64,000 bases of DNA from Aliiroseovarius sp. (GTDB taxonomy: Bacteria > Pseudomonadota > Alphaproteobacteria > Rhodobacterales > Rhodobacteraceae): positions 511,445 to 575,444 of the forward strand of contig NZ_CBDDIE010000003.1 of assembly GCF_965228805.1 (NCBI RefSeq). The letters run 5' to 3'. Positions 21,743 through 31,426 of this stretch are shown here, one piece after another. The translations under genes were made by a program, and so were the position numbers. Numbering within the stretch: position 1 is the stretch's first letter; each line of letters begins with the position of its first letter. The notes beneath the pieces are model-generated. The model was not told the DNA's origin. It saw only the letters and a list, made by a program, of their open reading frames with translations, and searched no databases.

Positions 21743-21830
21743 GCTTTCATCTTTCCGGAAATATCCTGGGGGGTTTGGGGGGCTAGCCCCCCATTCCACC
21801 AATCAAGCGTGGCGCAGCCACACCGTCGGG

Positions 21831-22892
21831 TCACGCCTGTTTGGCGATATCCGCCGCGTCATAGGCCTCGATGATCCTGGCTACAAGCGGATGACGCACC
21901 ACGTCCTTGGCGGTAAAGTAGTTGAAGGCAATCTGGTCGATACCCTTCAAGAGCCCCTCGGCATCGCGCAGACCGGATTGCACGCCGCGCGGCAGGTCGA
22001 CCTGGCTGCGGTCGCCAGTAATGACCATGCGGCTCCCCTCGCCCAGACGGGTCAAGAACATCTTCATCTGCATCGTGGTCGCGTTCTGCGCCTCATCGAG
22101 CACCACAAAGGCGTTGGACAGGGTGCGCCCGCGCATGAAGGCGAGCGGCGCGATCTCGATGCGTTTTTCTTCAATGAGCTTCGCCACCTGCTTGCCCGGC
22201 AGGAAATCATTCAGCGCATCATACAGCGGCTGCATATAAGGATCGACCTTGTCCTTCATGTCACCGGGCAGATAGCCCAGCTTCTCACCGGCCTCCACGG
22301 CGGGGCGGCTGAGGATGATCCGGTCCACGTGGCCGCCGATGAACATGTTCACCCCCACGGCCACCGCCAGGTAGGTCTTGCCGGTGCCCGCCGGGCCGAT
22401 GCCAAAGGCCAGCTCGTTCTTGAAAAGGCTCTGCACATAGGCCTTTTGCGCCTCGGTGCGCGGTTCGATCAGTTTCTTGCGCGTCTTGATCTCGACCCGA
22501 CCGCCCTTGAACAGCTCCATCTGGTCGCCATCCCGCGCGCCGGTGTTCGCCTCGGATCCGCCCATGCGGATTTCGCCATCAATGTCGCCTGCCTCGATCA
22601 CCTTGCCGGTTTCCAGCCGCTGGTAAAGTGCCTGCAGCACTGCCGCCGCCTGGCCGCGCGCCTCGCCTTCGCCGATCACGGCCAGCTGGTTGCCGCGGCG
22701 GATGATCTGGACCGAGAGCTGATGTTCGATCTGGGCAAGGTTGCGGTCGAACTCACCGCAAAGGTCGATCAGAAGCCGGTTGTCGGGAAACTCCATCAGG
22801 GTTTCATGCACATGTTCAGGTGGCGTATCCGATGTCGGCGGGGTCAGAGCGTCAATGCCCAAATCTTTCTCCGTTCCAGAGGGTGGTTTCAT
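21831..22892 (-). CDS. phoH: PhoH-like ATPase (YbeZ)
   Basis: Walker A GPAGTGKT and PhoH family motifs. Start assigned to MKPPSG (the longer ORF upstream is non-coding GC-rich extension). Confidence 0.92.
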   Translation of the reverse strand: MKPPSGTEKDLGIDALTPPTSDTPPEHVHETLMEFPDNRLLIDLCGEFDRNLAQIEHQLSVQIIRRGNQLAVIGEGEARGQAAAVLQALYQRLETGKVIEAGDIDGEIRMGGSEANTGARDGDQMELFKGGRVEIKTRKKLIEPRTEAQKAYVQSLFKNELAFGIGPAGTGKTYLAVAVGVNMFIGGHVDRIILSRPAVEAGEKLGYLPGDMKDKVDPYMQPLYDALNDFLPGKQVAKLIEEKRIEIAPLAFMRGRTLSNAFVVLDEAQNATTMQMKMFLTRLGEGSRMVITGDRSQVDLPRGVQSGLRDAEGLLKGIDQIAFNYFTAKDVVRHPLVARIIEAYDAADIAKQA

Positions 22893-23019
22893 CCTGATGG
22901 TGCCAAGCCCACACGGGGTGCGCAAGCCCGCAAAACAAAACTTCACGGGATTGATACAAGAACGGCCGCCGGAAACCCCGGCGGCCGCTGTTCCTGGCGA
23001 TATGTGAGCGGGTGGCCAC

Positions 23020-23379
23020 TCAGCTGCCATTGTCCGGGACGTAATCGCGAATGCCGGGGTTGTCCGACTGGTAATCGCCCACCACCGTGCCCGGTGCGTG
23101 ATTGTCATCGCAAACCGGCAGGCCCGATTTCGGATCGAACCGACGCCCAGCATAGCCTTCGACACCATCGTCGATCATCCAGCCCTGGCAGCCATCGGGA
23201 TCATAGACGATCGCGGCCTGGCCGTCGGCGATATTGGCCGCGTCCCGGCCACGGTCCTGATTGGTGGCAATGACCGAGTTCGGGTTGCCATTATAGGCCT
23301 GCAGGCCCTGACCTTCGACACAGGCCGACAGGGTCAGGGAGGCACCGATCAGGGCAAAGGGAAGAATACGCTTCATCAT
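23020..23379 (-). CDS. Hypothetical lipoprotein with a Cys-containing 'DGC-W-DG-EGY-DP-G-PVC' domain
   Basis: Lipobox LTLSAC. The domain is paralogous to the N-terminal half of the adjacent OmpA-family protein. Confidence 0.5.
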   Translation of the reverse strand: MMKRILPFALIGASLTLSACVEGQGLQAYNGNPNSVIATNQDRGRDAANIADGQAAIVYDPDGCQGWMIDDGVEGYAGRRFDPKSGLPVCDDNHAPGTVVGDYQSDNPGIRDYVPDNGS

Positions 23380-23954
23380 TTGTCATCCCACGTGTAGCAC
23401 ACCACCTCGACGCGGCGGTTCTTCTGCATGTTGGCGGCGCTGTCATTGGGCGCGACCGGGCGGCGTTCGCCATAGCCGATCTCGCGCTCGACCACGGCGC
23501 CGACGGAACGGGCCACCTTGGCGACCGACCGCGCACGGCGCTGCGACAGGCGCATGTTGTATTCATCCGAGGCACGGCTGTCGGTATGGCCGTAGATGGC
23601 GTAGCCGAAGGCGCCGGCATTGCGGAAGAAATTCTCCAACCGCGCTTTGCCCGAAGCGGTCAGCCGGTGGCTGTCGGTCGCGAACAACGTATCGGTGTTT
23701 TCGGTCAGACAGACATTCTTTTCCAGGCAGACCGGGCGGCCGGTTTCCGGGTCAACGCGGTCCAGCATGTAGCCTTCCAGCCCGCCGTCAGCCCACCAAT
23801 GCATGCAGCCATCATAGTCCACCCAGAGGCCCCAGTTCACAGTGCCCGCGGTCGGCGGAGGCGAACTCTGCGCCTGGGCCGGAGCCGCCAATCCCAGCGA
23901 CAGGGCTGCAACAGCCATCGCGCCGGACATTACTTTGCCAATTCTCTTCACCAC
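23376..23954 (-). CDS. OmpA-family peptidoglycan-associated protein with a novel N-terminal Cys domain
   Basis: Signal peptide. C-terminal OmpA_C-like motif (GHTDSRASDEYNMRLSQRRARSVA). N-terminal domain shared with the downstream lipoprotein. Confidence 0.75.
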   Translation of the reverse strand: MVKRIGKVMSGAMAVAALSLGLAAPAQAQSSPPPTAGTVNWGLWVDYDGCMHWWADGGLEGYMLDRVDPETGRPVCLEKNVCLTENTDTLFATDSHRLTASGKARLENFFRNAGAFGYAIYGHTDSRASDEYNMRLSQRRARSVAKVARSVGAVVEREIGYGERRPVAPNDSAANMQKNRRVEVVCYTWDDK

Positions 23955-24217
23955 TATCCCCCATCTGATCTAATTCCCGGGGGCCATATGCCTCGGGTCA
24001 GCTTTGTCACGATGTGTGGACAACTTTAGCAAGTTTCGTGCGTATTGGAAGAAAGTTTTACCAGATATTGTGGCTAATTGGTTAACGATACCAAGGCGAA
24101 GCTGGTATTGTTTCCCCAAGCCGGAACAGTTTCCCCGAAATCTCATGAGGTTGAGGCGGCAGGGCGATTTCGCTCTCCGCAAGAGCCTACCGGGGCGGAA
24201 TCGGCCCGACCGGACAG

Positions 24218-25540
24218 TCAGTCGACCAGCTCGCCGCCCAGCGAATTCGGCCCGCTTTCGGTGATGCGCACCCGGCGCAGGTCGCCCTTCTGCACGTTCG
24301 GGGCCTGCACGTAGACCGCATGCAGATGATCGGACTTGCCGACCATCTGACCGTCCAGTCGGCCCGGCTTTTCAAACAGCACACCGACCTCCTGGCCGAC
24401 CATCGCATCCTGCACTGCACGCTGCTGCTCGGTGATCAGCGCCTGCAACTCGTAAAGCCGTTGACTGGCCACCGCGTCATCCACCTGCGCGCGTTCGGCG
24501 GCAGGCGTGCCGGGGCGGGTCGAGTATTTGAAGGAAAACGCCTGACCGTATTGCACCTCACGGATCAGGTCCATCGTGGCCTGGAAATCCGCATCGCTTT
24601 CTTCCGGGAAGCCAACGATGAAATCACCCGAGATCAGGATGTCGGGCCGGGCGGCCCGAATGCGTTCGATCAGGCGCAGATAGCTGTCAGCCGTATGTGA
24701 GCGGTTCATGCGTTTCAGGATGAAATCCGAGCCCGACTGCACCGGCAGATGCAGGTAGGGCATCAGTTTCTTGCAGTCGCCATGCGCCTCGATCAGCGCG
24801 TCGTCCATGTCGTTGGGGTGCGAGGTGGTGAAGCGGATACGCTCCAGCCCGTCGACATCATTCAGCGCCCAAATCAGTTTCGCCAGAGACCAATCCCCAT
24901 CCGGGCCCTGGCCGTGGTAGCCATTCACGTTCTGGCCCAAGAGAGTAATCTCGCGCACGCCACGTTCGACCAGCTCGTTCGCTTCGCGCAGGATGCGTTC
25001 GACCGGGCGGCTGACCTCGGCACCGCGGGTATAGGGCACGACACAGAAGGCGCAGAACTTGTCGCAGCCCTCCTGCACGGTCAAAAACGCGGTCGGGTTG
25101 CGCTGCGGCAGCGGGCGTTTGGGCAGGTGCTCGAACTTGTCCTCTTCGGGAAAATCCGTATCCAGCGCCTTTTCGCCCTTCTTCACCTGCTCCATCATCG
25201 AGGGCAGGCGGTGATAGGTCTGCGGGCCGACCACCAGGTCGACCATGGGCTGACGGCGCATGATCTCTTCGCCCTCGGCCTGGGCCACGCAACCGGCAAC
25301 GCCGATCTTCAGGTCCGGTTTCTCGGCTTTCAGCCCCTTGTAGCGGCCCAGTTCCGAATAGACCTTTTCGGCCGCCTTTTCGCGAATGTGGCAGGTGTTC
25401 AAGAGGATCATGTCCGCGTCATCGGGGCTGTCCGTCTGCTCATACCCGTCCGCGCCCAGCGCTTCGGCCATGCGTTCGCTGTCATAGACGTTCATCTGGC
25501 AGCCATAGGTACGGATGAAGAGTTTCTTCGGATCGGACAT
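24218..25540 (-). CDS. miaB: tRNA-2-methylthio-N6-dimethylallyladenosine synthase
   Basis: UPF0004 N-terminal domain, radical-SAM CxxxCxxC (CDKFCAFC) and TRAM domain. 440 aa. Confidence 0.95.
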   Translation of the reverse strand: MSDPKKLFIRTYGCQMNVYDSERMAEALGADGYEQTDSPDDADMILLNTCHIREKAAEKVYSELGRYKGLKAEKPDLKIGVAGCVAQAEGEEIMRRQPMVDLVVGPQTYHRLPSMMEQVKKGEKALDTDFPEEDKFEHLPKRPLPQRNPTAFLTVQEGCDKFCAFCVVPYTRGAEVSRPVERILREANELVERGVREITLLGQNVNGYHGQGPDGDWSLAKLIWALNDVDGLERIRFTTSHPNDMDDALIEAHGDCKKLMPYLHLPVQSGSDFILKRMNRSHTADSYLRLIERIRAARPDILISGDFIVGFPEESDADFQATMDLIREVQYGQAFSFKYSTRPGTPAAERAQVDDAVASQRLYELQALITEQQRAVQDAMVGQEVGVLFEKPGRLDGQMVGKSDHLHAVYVQAPNVQKGDLRRVRITESGPNSLGGELVD

Positions 25541-25627
25541 GTGACGGATTCCCGGCTTGGATCAGGCGGCGGTTCTACAGCAAGCCCCGCCTGTCTGCAA
25601 TGTCTGCCGAACCGGTGTTACAGCCGC

Positions 25628-27163
25628 CTATTCGGCGGCCAGTACGCTGGCGGGGGTGGTGTCGAAGATCGCCACGCCCTGACGCAGCTCACCCGCCACC
25701 TGTTCGAGACGCCCGGCGGTTTCCTCGACGCGGGCGGAAATGCCGCTGACCTCACGCGCGGTGGCGGCCACGCCGGACAGCAGCTGCTCCAACGCGCCGA
25801 CCGACCGGTGCTGACCGCCCGCCTCCTCGGCAATCGTGCCCAACGCCCGGGACAGCTCGCTGACGATCTCCACCAGCGCTTCGACCGAACCGTGCGCCGA
25901 GCGCGCCTGTTCGGCGCTCTCCGTCACCCGCGCGGCATTGGCGCCGGTCAGCTGGCGCACCTGGCTGGCGGCCTCGGTCACATGTTCGGCAAGCTTGCGC
26001 ACTTCGCTGGCGACCACGGCGAAACCCGATCCGGCCTCGCCCGCGCGCGCGGCCTCGACCGAGGCGTTGAGCGATAGAAGCGAGGTCTGCATCGCGATGT
26101 CGTCGATCACCTGCATAAGCTTGGATATCTCGTCGAACCCATCGGCGACACCGGCGATGCTGTCCTGCATGGCCGACATGTCGCGCCGGGCGGCCGCTTC
26201 GACCTGCCCCGCCTCCTCGATCCGCGCGGACAGGCCGGAGGCACGGGTCATCGTCGCCTCCAATGTCTCGGACAGGGCGCGCATGTCGCCGTCGACCTTG
26301 CCCAGCCGCGCCGCCTGGGGTCCCGCGCCCGCCTGCATGTCGCGCGCGCGCTGTCCCAGTTCGACAGCAGAGGTCTGGAACTCCCCCGCCGCCGCCGCGA
26401 TGTCGGATACCATATGGGCAAAGCGCCCCATGGACAGGTTCAGGCTCTCGCGCATTTCGGCGAATGCGCCGCCGCCCTCACCATCCACCCGCGCGGACAG
26501 ATCGCCCGCGGCCAGGGCCCGCACCGCCTGCGAGCTTTCATCCACCACCTGTTCGACCACGGTGATGAAGGCATCCAGATGCTGCGCCACGGCGTCCAGC
26601 CGTGGATCCTCGAACCGGGTTTCGACCCTCGCGGACAGATCGCCATCCCCCGCCGCGCTGACCACTTGGCCGATCGACTGCGCAAGCCCGTCGATCAGAG
26701 CCTCGCGCGCCTCCTCCTGACGGGCGTTTTCAAGCGCAAGGTAAGCTTCGACCATCACTGCATTCTCGCAATTGAGTGCCAACAGAAAGGCCTGGGATTG
26801 CTCCGGCTGTAGCCCCAGATACCAAGAGCTGCGTCGCACAAGGCTTTCCATGATCGCCCCGTGATAGTCGCGGTAGAGCAGCGTCGCCTCGACCTGTGTC
26901 ACCCCCTTGGCCGCCAACCCCGATACCTGGGCCTGACGATGAGCGACATAGGCCGCGTCCATCTCGCCGGTCAGCACCTTCTGCATCGCGGTCAATTCCC
27001 GCTCAAGCGCAGCATTGCGGATGTGATGGGGTTCTTCGCTCTCCACCCGGGCCAGGTGGTCACGGGCAATCTGTTTCAGATCACCCGCAACGATGGTGTA
27101 CACGTCTTGCCCCGCGTCGCGCATGGGCTCATCCCAGGCCGCCAGGAAGTGTTGCAGTTCCAT
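25628..27163 (-). CDS. Methyl-accepting chemotaxis protein (soluble, N-terminal sensor of unclear type)
   Basis: Highly conserved MCP signalling domain (…[31 protein letters not shown]…). No clear TM helices. Confidence 0.85.
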   Translation of the reverse strand: MELQHFLAAWDEPMRDAGQDVYTIVAGDLKQIARDHLARVESEEPHHIRNAALERELTAMQKVLTGEMDAAYVAHRQAQVSGLAAKGVTQVEATLLYRDYHGAIMESLVRRSSWYLGLQPEQSQAFLLALNCENAVMVEAYLALENARQEEAREALIDGLAQSIGQVVSAAGDGDLSARVETRFEDPRLDAVAQHLDAFITVVEQVVDESSQAVRALAAGDLSARVDGEGGGAFAEMRESLNLSMGRFAHMVSDIAAAAGEFQTSAVELGQRARDMQAGAGPQAARLGKVDGDMRALSETLEATMTRASGLSARIEEAGQVEAAARRDMSAMQDSIAGVADGFDEISKLMQVIDDIAMQTSLLSLNASVEAARAGEAGSGFAVVASEVRKLAEHVTEAASQVRQLTGANAARVTESAEQARSAHGSVEALVEIVSELSRALGTIAEEAGGQHRSVGALEQLLSGVAATAREVSGISARVEETAGRLEQVAGELRQGVAIFDTTPASVLAAE

Positions 27164-27240
27164 TGGTCCATACCTCGCAGGTCAGCTCCGTTGGCCTCAC
27201 CATGCCAGAGCCTCCCTAAGCGGAAGTAAACGGTTCCCCG

Positions 27241-28029
27241 TCAGCTTGTGTAATGCGGGGCCTCGACATCCAGCCGCCGCCGGATCGCGTGCCATTCCAA
27301 CGCGCCCTCGTAGCCGTACCAGTCGCTTGCCTCCATGTCGGCCAGGTGGCGGGCTTGCTCTGCCTCGGGAATGGTACGAATGGTCGCCCCGCCCGCCGCC
27401 GATTTCTGCACCTCCAGCTGCACCGCACAGGCCTGGTCGAGGTAGAAGGAGCGGAAGAAACACTCTCCCGCGGTGGAGCCGAAGACGAAAGCACCGTGCC
27501 AGGCTTCGACCACCGCCTTCTTGCCCCGGCCCGCCGCCAGCAGCCCCGCCAGAAAGTCGTCGGTGCATTCGAACTCGTAATCGGTGTAGCCCAGCACATC
27601 GCCGCCGCCGATCATCAGATAGGCCTGGCTGTACGGCCCAACCCCCTCGGCCTGGGCGCTGACGCCCATGATCGCCTTGGTGTGGATGTGCATGATCACG
27701 TGTTTGTCTGGCTCGGCCTCGAAGAAGAGCTTGCCGATTTCGGTCGCCGAGGGGTTCGGTTCGCCGTTCTCCGGGTTGTGGTTCACGCGGTCGAAGCCGA
27801 CCTTGATCAGGTTGGAGGCCGTGACCTCCTCATGCATCCAGCCATAGTGGTGGGTGATCAGCGCCTCCTCGCCCGGCACGCGGATCGCATGCCACTGGTT
27901 GGTCAGGTCGGTCAGCCGGTATTTCACCAGCGCATTGTAGATCGCCGCCAGCTCGCAGCGGGCCTCCCATTCGGCGTCCGAGCAGTTCTCAGGCCGCCCG
28001 CCCTGGGGCGTCGGGGTCATGACAGTCAT
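27241..28029 (-). CDS. Class II aldolase/adducin family protein
   Basis: Aldolase_II fold motifs (HIHTKAIMGVS, metal-binding His). 262 aa. Confidence 0.8.
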   Translation of the reverse strand: MTVMTPTPQGGRPENCSDAEWEARCELAAIYNALVKYRLTDLTNQWHAIRVPGEEALITHHYGWMHEEVTASNLIKVGFDRVNHNPENGEPNPSATEIGKLFFEAEPDKHVIMHIHTKAIMGVSAQAEGVGPYSQAYLMIGGGDVLGYTDYEFECTDDFLAGLLAAGRGKKAVVEAWHGAFVFGSTAGECFFRSFYLDQACAVQLEVQKSAAGGATIRTIPEAEQARHLADMEASDWYGYEGALEWHAIRRRLDVEAPHYTS

Positions 28030-28119
28030 CGCGCGTCCTCCGTGTTGACCGGTTCAGGCTAGCGGGGGCACTTGGGCTGCTCTATCCTCGAACTGCCCGA
28101 ATCCATCCCGTAACTTCCC

Positions 28120-29058
28120 ATGCACGTGACTTTCCTGCTCATGCCCCGGTTTCAGATGCTGGCCTGGGTGCTGGCGACCGAGACCCTGCGCATCGCCAAC
28201 AAATGCGCGGGGCGGGAGCTGTTTTCCTGGCAGACGCTCAGCGCCACACGTGGGCCGGTTGCAGCCTCGAACGGGGCCTTGGTCACGCCAGACGGGGATT
28301 GGGACGCGCCCGCCGACCTGACGCTGATCTGTGCGGGCTATGAACCGCTGGCCGCACTCACCCCGTCCCTGTCGGCCTGGCTGACCCGGCGGGCCCGCAG
28401 CGGCATGTTGGGCGGGCTGGACACCGGCACGATGGTACTGGCGCGGCTTGGCTTGCTGGCCGGGCACCGCGCGGTACTGCATGCGGAGGCCGAGGGGGCT
28501 TTTCGCGAGGCCTATCCGGAGATCGAGGTCAGCCCGGAGCTCTACTGCCTGGATGCAAAACGCCTGACCGCTGCGGGCGGCACGGCGACGGCGGATGCCA
28601 TGCTGGCCTGGATCGAGGCCGTGACCTCCCCCGCCCTGGCCCGGGCCACCGCCGAGGCGATGGGCCATGGGCGCATCCGTCCCGGGGGCGAGCCACAGCG
28701 CGCCCGGACGCCCGCCGATCCTGTACTGGCGCGCATGCATGCGGTGATGGGGCAGAGCCTGGCCGAACCGCTGTCGCTGACCGAAATCGCCACGCGCTGC
28801 GGGGTCAGCCCGAAAGTCCTGCGCGCCCGCTGCCTGCGCCACCTGGGCTGCCTACCGCGCGACCATTACATGGCCCTGCGCCTGCGTCATGCGGACGAGC
28901 TGCTGACCAACACCACCCTGCCTGTGGGCCAGATCGCGCTCGCCTGCGGCTTTGCCACCCCGGCCAGCTTCGCCCGCGCCTACCTGGCCCGTCGGGGCCA
29001 CAGCCCCTCGGCCGCGCGCCTGCCTTCCCCTTCCGCAAGCCACTTGCAAACCCCTTGA
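28120..29058 (+). CDS. AraC-family transcriptional regulator, GlxA-like (DJ-1/PfpI domain + HTH_AraC)
   Basis: N-terminal glutamine amidotransferase-like domain and C-terminal AraC HTH. Divergent from the aldolase gene. Confidence 0.8.
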   Translation: MHVTFLLMPRFQMLAWVLATETLRIANKCAGRELFSWQTLSATRGPVAASNGALVTPDGDWDAPADLTLICAGYEPLAALTPSLSAWLTRRARSGMLGGLDTGTMVLARLGLLAGHRAVLHAEAEGAFREAYPEIEVSPELYCLDAKRLTAAGGTATADAMLAWIEAVTSPALARATAEAMGHGRIRPGGEPQRARTPADPVLARMHAVMGQSLAEPLSLTEIATRCGVSPKVLRARCLRHLGCLPRDHYMALRLRHADELLTNTTLPVGQIALACGFATPASFARAYLARRGHSPSAARLPSPSASHLQTP

Positions 29059-29123
29059 GTTTCATGGAATTTTAACCACGGGTCTGCCACAAAAAGCACG
29101 TTGGCAGAGGTGGGAGTGCACGC

Positions 29124-29987
29124 ATGTATCATACCGGTCTGAAAGAGTTCCTGCGCGACGGCAAATCCGCCCTGGCCAAGGGTCCGGTTGCGATGATCTT
29201 TGCCGAGGACCTGGTCGAAGTCGACACGACCATTCGCCACCACCAGTTGGCGGGCTTTGCTCAGGTGCTGCTGTTTGCCCCCGATGAATTGAGCCTGCCC
29301 GTGGATCTGACCGACACGATCCACCGCATCCGTTACGACATGTCGCGCGAAAATGCTCTGCCCGACGCGGTCAACGCGATGATCGAGGCGGCCGAGGGGC
29401 TGTGGCTCTATTACTGCTACAACGCCGAATACCTGTTCCACCCGTTCTGCGAGACGCGGAATGTCAGCGAGATGCTGACCTTCCACACCGAAGAACGGCG
29501 CGACGCGGTGCTGACTTACGTGGTGGACCTCTATGCCGACGACCTGGACCGCTACCCGGACGCGGTGTCGCTGGAGAACGCCTGGCTGGACAAGTCCGGC
29601 TATTACGCGCTGGGGCGGCCGGATGAGAAAGGCCACCCGAAGGAACGCCAGCTCGATTTCTTCGGCGGGCTGCGCTGGCGGTTCGAGGAACACATCCCCA
29701 AACACCGCCGCAAGATCGACCGCATCTCGCTGTTTCGCGCCCGCAAAGGGCTGCGCCTTCGCCCGGACCACACGTTCAATGACGAAGAATACAACACCTA
29801 TTCCTGCCCCTGGCACCACAATGTCACCACTGCCATCGTCAGCTTCCGTACCGCCAAGGCGCTGAAATCGAACGCTGGGTCGACCTTCGACATCCACACG
29901 TTCAAATGGCACAACTCGACCGAGTTCGACTGGTCCTCGCAGCAGCTCCTGGACCTGGGACTGATGGAACCGGGGCAGTGGTTCTGA
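29124..29987 (+). CDS. Conserved hypothetical protein (287 aa), unknown function
   Basis: Clear coding character and an RBS. No domain I can recognise. Sits immediately downstream of the GlxA-type regulator. Confidence 0.5.
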   Translation: MYHTGLKEFLRDGKSALAKGPVAMIFAEDLVEVDTTIRHHQLAGFAQVLLFAPDELSLPVDLTDTIHRIRYDMSRENALPDAVNAMIEAAEGLWLYYCYNAEYLFHPFCETRNVSEMLTFHTEERRDAVLTYVVDLYADDLDRYPDAVSLENAWLDKSGYYALGRPDEKGHPKERQLDFFGGLRWRFEEHIPKHRRKIDRISLFRARKGLRLRPDHTFNDEEYNTYSCPWHHNVTTAIVSFRTAKALKSNAGSTFDIHTFKWHNSTEFDWSSQQLLDLGLMEPGQWF

Positions 29988-30123
29988 CCGGTTAGTCACT
30001 CGGCAAGCGCCGCCCCAACTAACCGGTTTACATCCCCGCCCTGGCCCCTATCCTGCTTGAGTCCATACGAGCACCCGGCAGGACCGGCCTCGTTCATTCA
30101 TTCCAAGACAGACGAGGTATCCC

Positions 30124-30552
30124 ATGACCGAAGTAAAATCGGGCGACAAGGTGCGCATCCATTATACCGGCAGCCTGGAAGACGGATCGGTCTTCGACAG
30201 TTCCGAAGGCCGCGATCCGCTGGAATTCACCGTGGGCTCGGGCATGGTCATCGTGGGCCTGGACCGCGAGCTGCCCGGCATGGCCGTGGGCGAGAAGAAG
30301 AAGGTCTCGATCCCTGCTGCTGACGCCTATGGCGAACATGACCCCGAAGGCCTGCTGGAAATCCCGCGCGGTGAAATCCCCGCCGAGATCCCGCTGGAAA
30401 TCGGCACCCAGCTGCAGATGCGCAGCCCCGATGGCCGTGCCATGCCGGTGACCGTCGCCAAGGTCACCGACGAGACCGTGACCATGGACGCCAACCATTT
30501 CCTGGCCGGCAAGACCCTGATCTTCGACTTCGAGGTCGTCTCGGTCGGCTGA
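30124..30552 (+). CDS. FKBP-type peptidyl-prolyl cis-trans isomerase (SlyD/FkpB-like)
   Basis: KVRIHYTGSLEDGSVFDSS… and the LIFDFEVVSV FKBP signature. Confidence 0.85.
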   Translation: MTEVKSGDKVRIHYTGSLEDGSVFDSSEGRDPLEFTVGSGMVIVGLDRELPGMAVGEKKKVSIPAADAYGEHDPEGLLEIPRGEIPAEIPLEIGTQLQMRSPDGRAMPVTVAKVTDETVTMDANHFLAGKTLIFDFEVVSVG

Positions 30553-30936
30553 TCCCGTCCGGGGTGCCGCGGGGTGGGAGACCACGCCGTTCGCCCCGAA
30601 TGCTACGCGAATTAGGGTGGGAGCGGCGCGCCGGACGGGCCGCTCCCACCCGAAAAATCGGTGAATTTCTGCAAAGATCACACCGGCTACGGTACGCCAT
30701 CTGCCAAACCCCACCCCATCTTCGCGAAATTTTCTTTCAAAGTGGCGCAATATTGTTGCGCCAAGATCACAAGGGTTTTGATCGGACTCACCCGGTGATT
30801 GAGCGACCCATATTGGTATCGCTATCACTGACCTCCCGATCCAAGCGGAACGGACCCTAGCGGGATGAGGTCGCCCCTCACCCGGTGCGGGCGGCGCTGC
30901 CTCCCCGTATGCCAGGGCCGGAAAGCAGGCCGGGAC

Positions 30937-31009
30937 CACGATGTAGCTCAACGGGTAGAGCATCAGACTGTTAATCTGACTGTCGCGGGTTCGACTCCCG
31001 CCATCACAT
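30937..31009 (+). tRNA. tRNA-Asn(GTT)-like element with a defective acceptor stem (possible pseudo-tRNA or 3' fragment)
   Basis: Manual fold: D-arm gctc/aacgggta/gagc; anticodon stem tcaga/tctga with loop ctGTTaa; T-arm gcggg/ttcgact/cccgc. The acceptor strands cacgatg / catcaca pair at only 4 of 7 positions (5' positions 1-3 mismatched). Confidence 0.55.
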
Positions 31010-31426
31010 GGAAAGTGGGAAACCACCGGGGTTCGACTCCCCATGGCGTAACGCCACCGGCTTTAGGTGCCGGACCGCCTTCCAAGCGGTTCCTTTTTCG
31101 GGTTCCGGGGTTCGTCCAGCAGGGCGGGCCCGCGTCAAACACCCCTCGGGGTGCGCGACACCGGCCCCGCGCTGCTCTGGCCCTGAGCCGGAGGGGCGGA
31201 TGACGGTCCCGCCACCGGGCGGCCAGGTCAGGGGCGCACGCCTCGAACCCCGCCACCCGGTCGCGCCCCTCTCGCCGCGCCTCCCGCTCACGACCATGGC
31301 GCGGACGGGCCCCGGTTCCCTTCCTGCTCCAAACGGGGCCAACACCTGCCGCCCATCCCGGGCGCAACCCTCTGAAATCAAAAGGAGTTCGCAGATTGCG
31401 ACGACGATAGAGCAATACGAGATGGA

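Noticed and set aside
31020-31420. Possible two-piece (permuted) tmRNA because of the extra T-arm-like ggggttcgactcccc
   Set aside because: No tag-peptide reading frame (ANDN…AA-stop) nearby and no complementary acceptor strand. Treated as a tRNA-fragment repeat instead.
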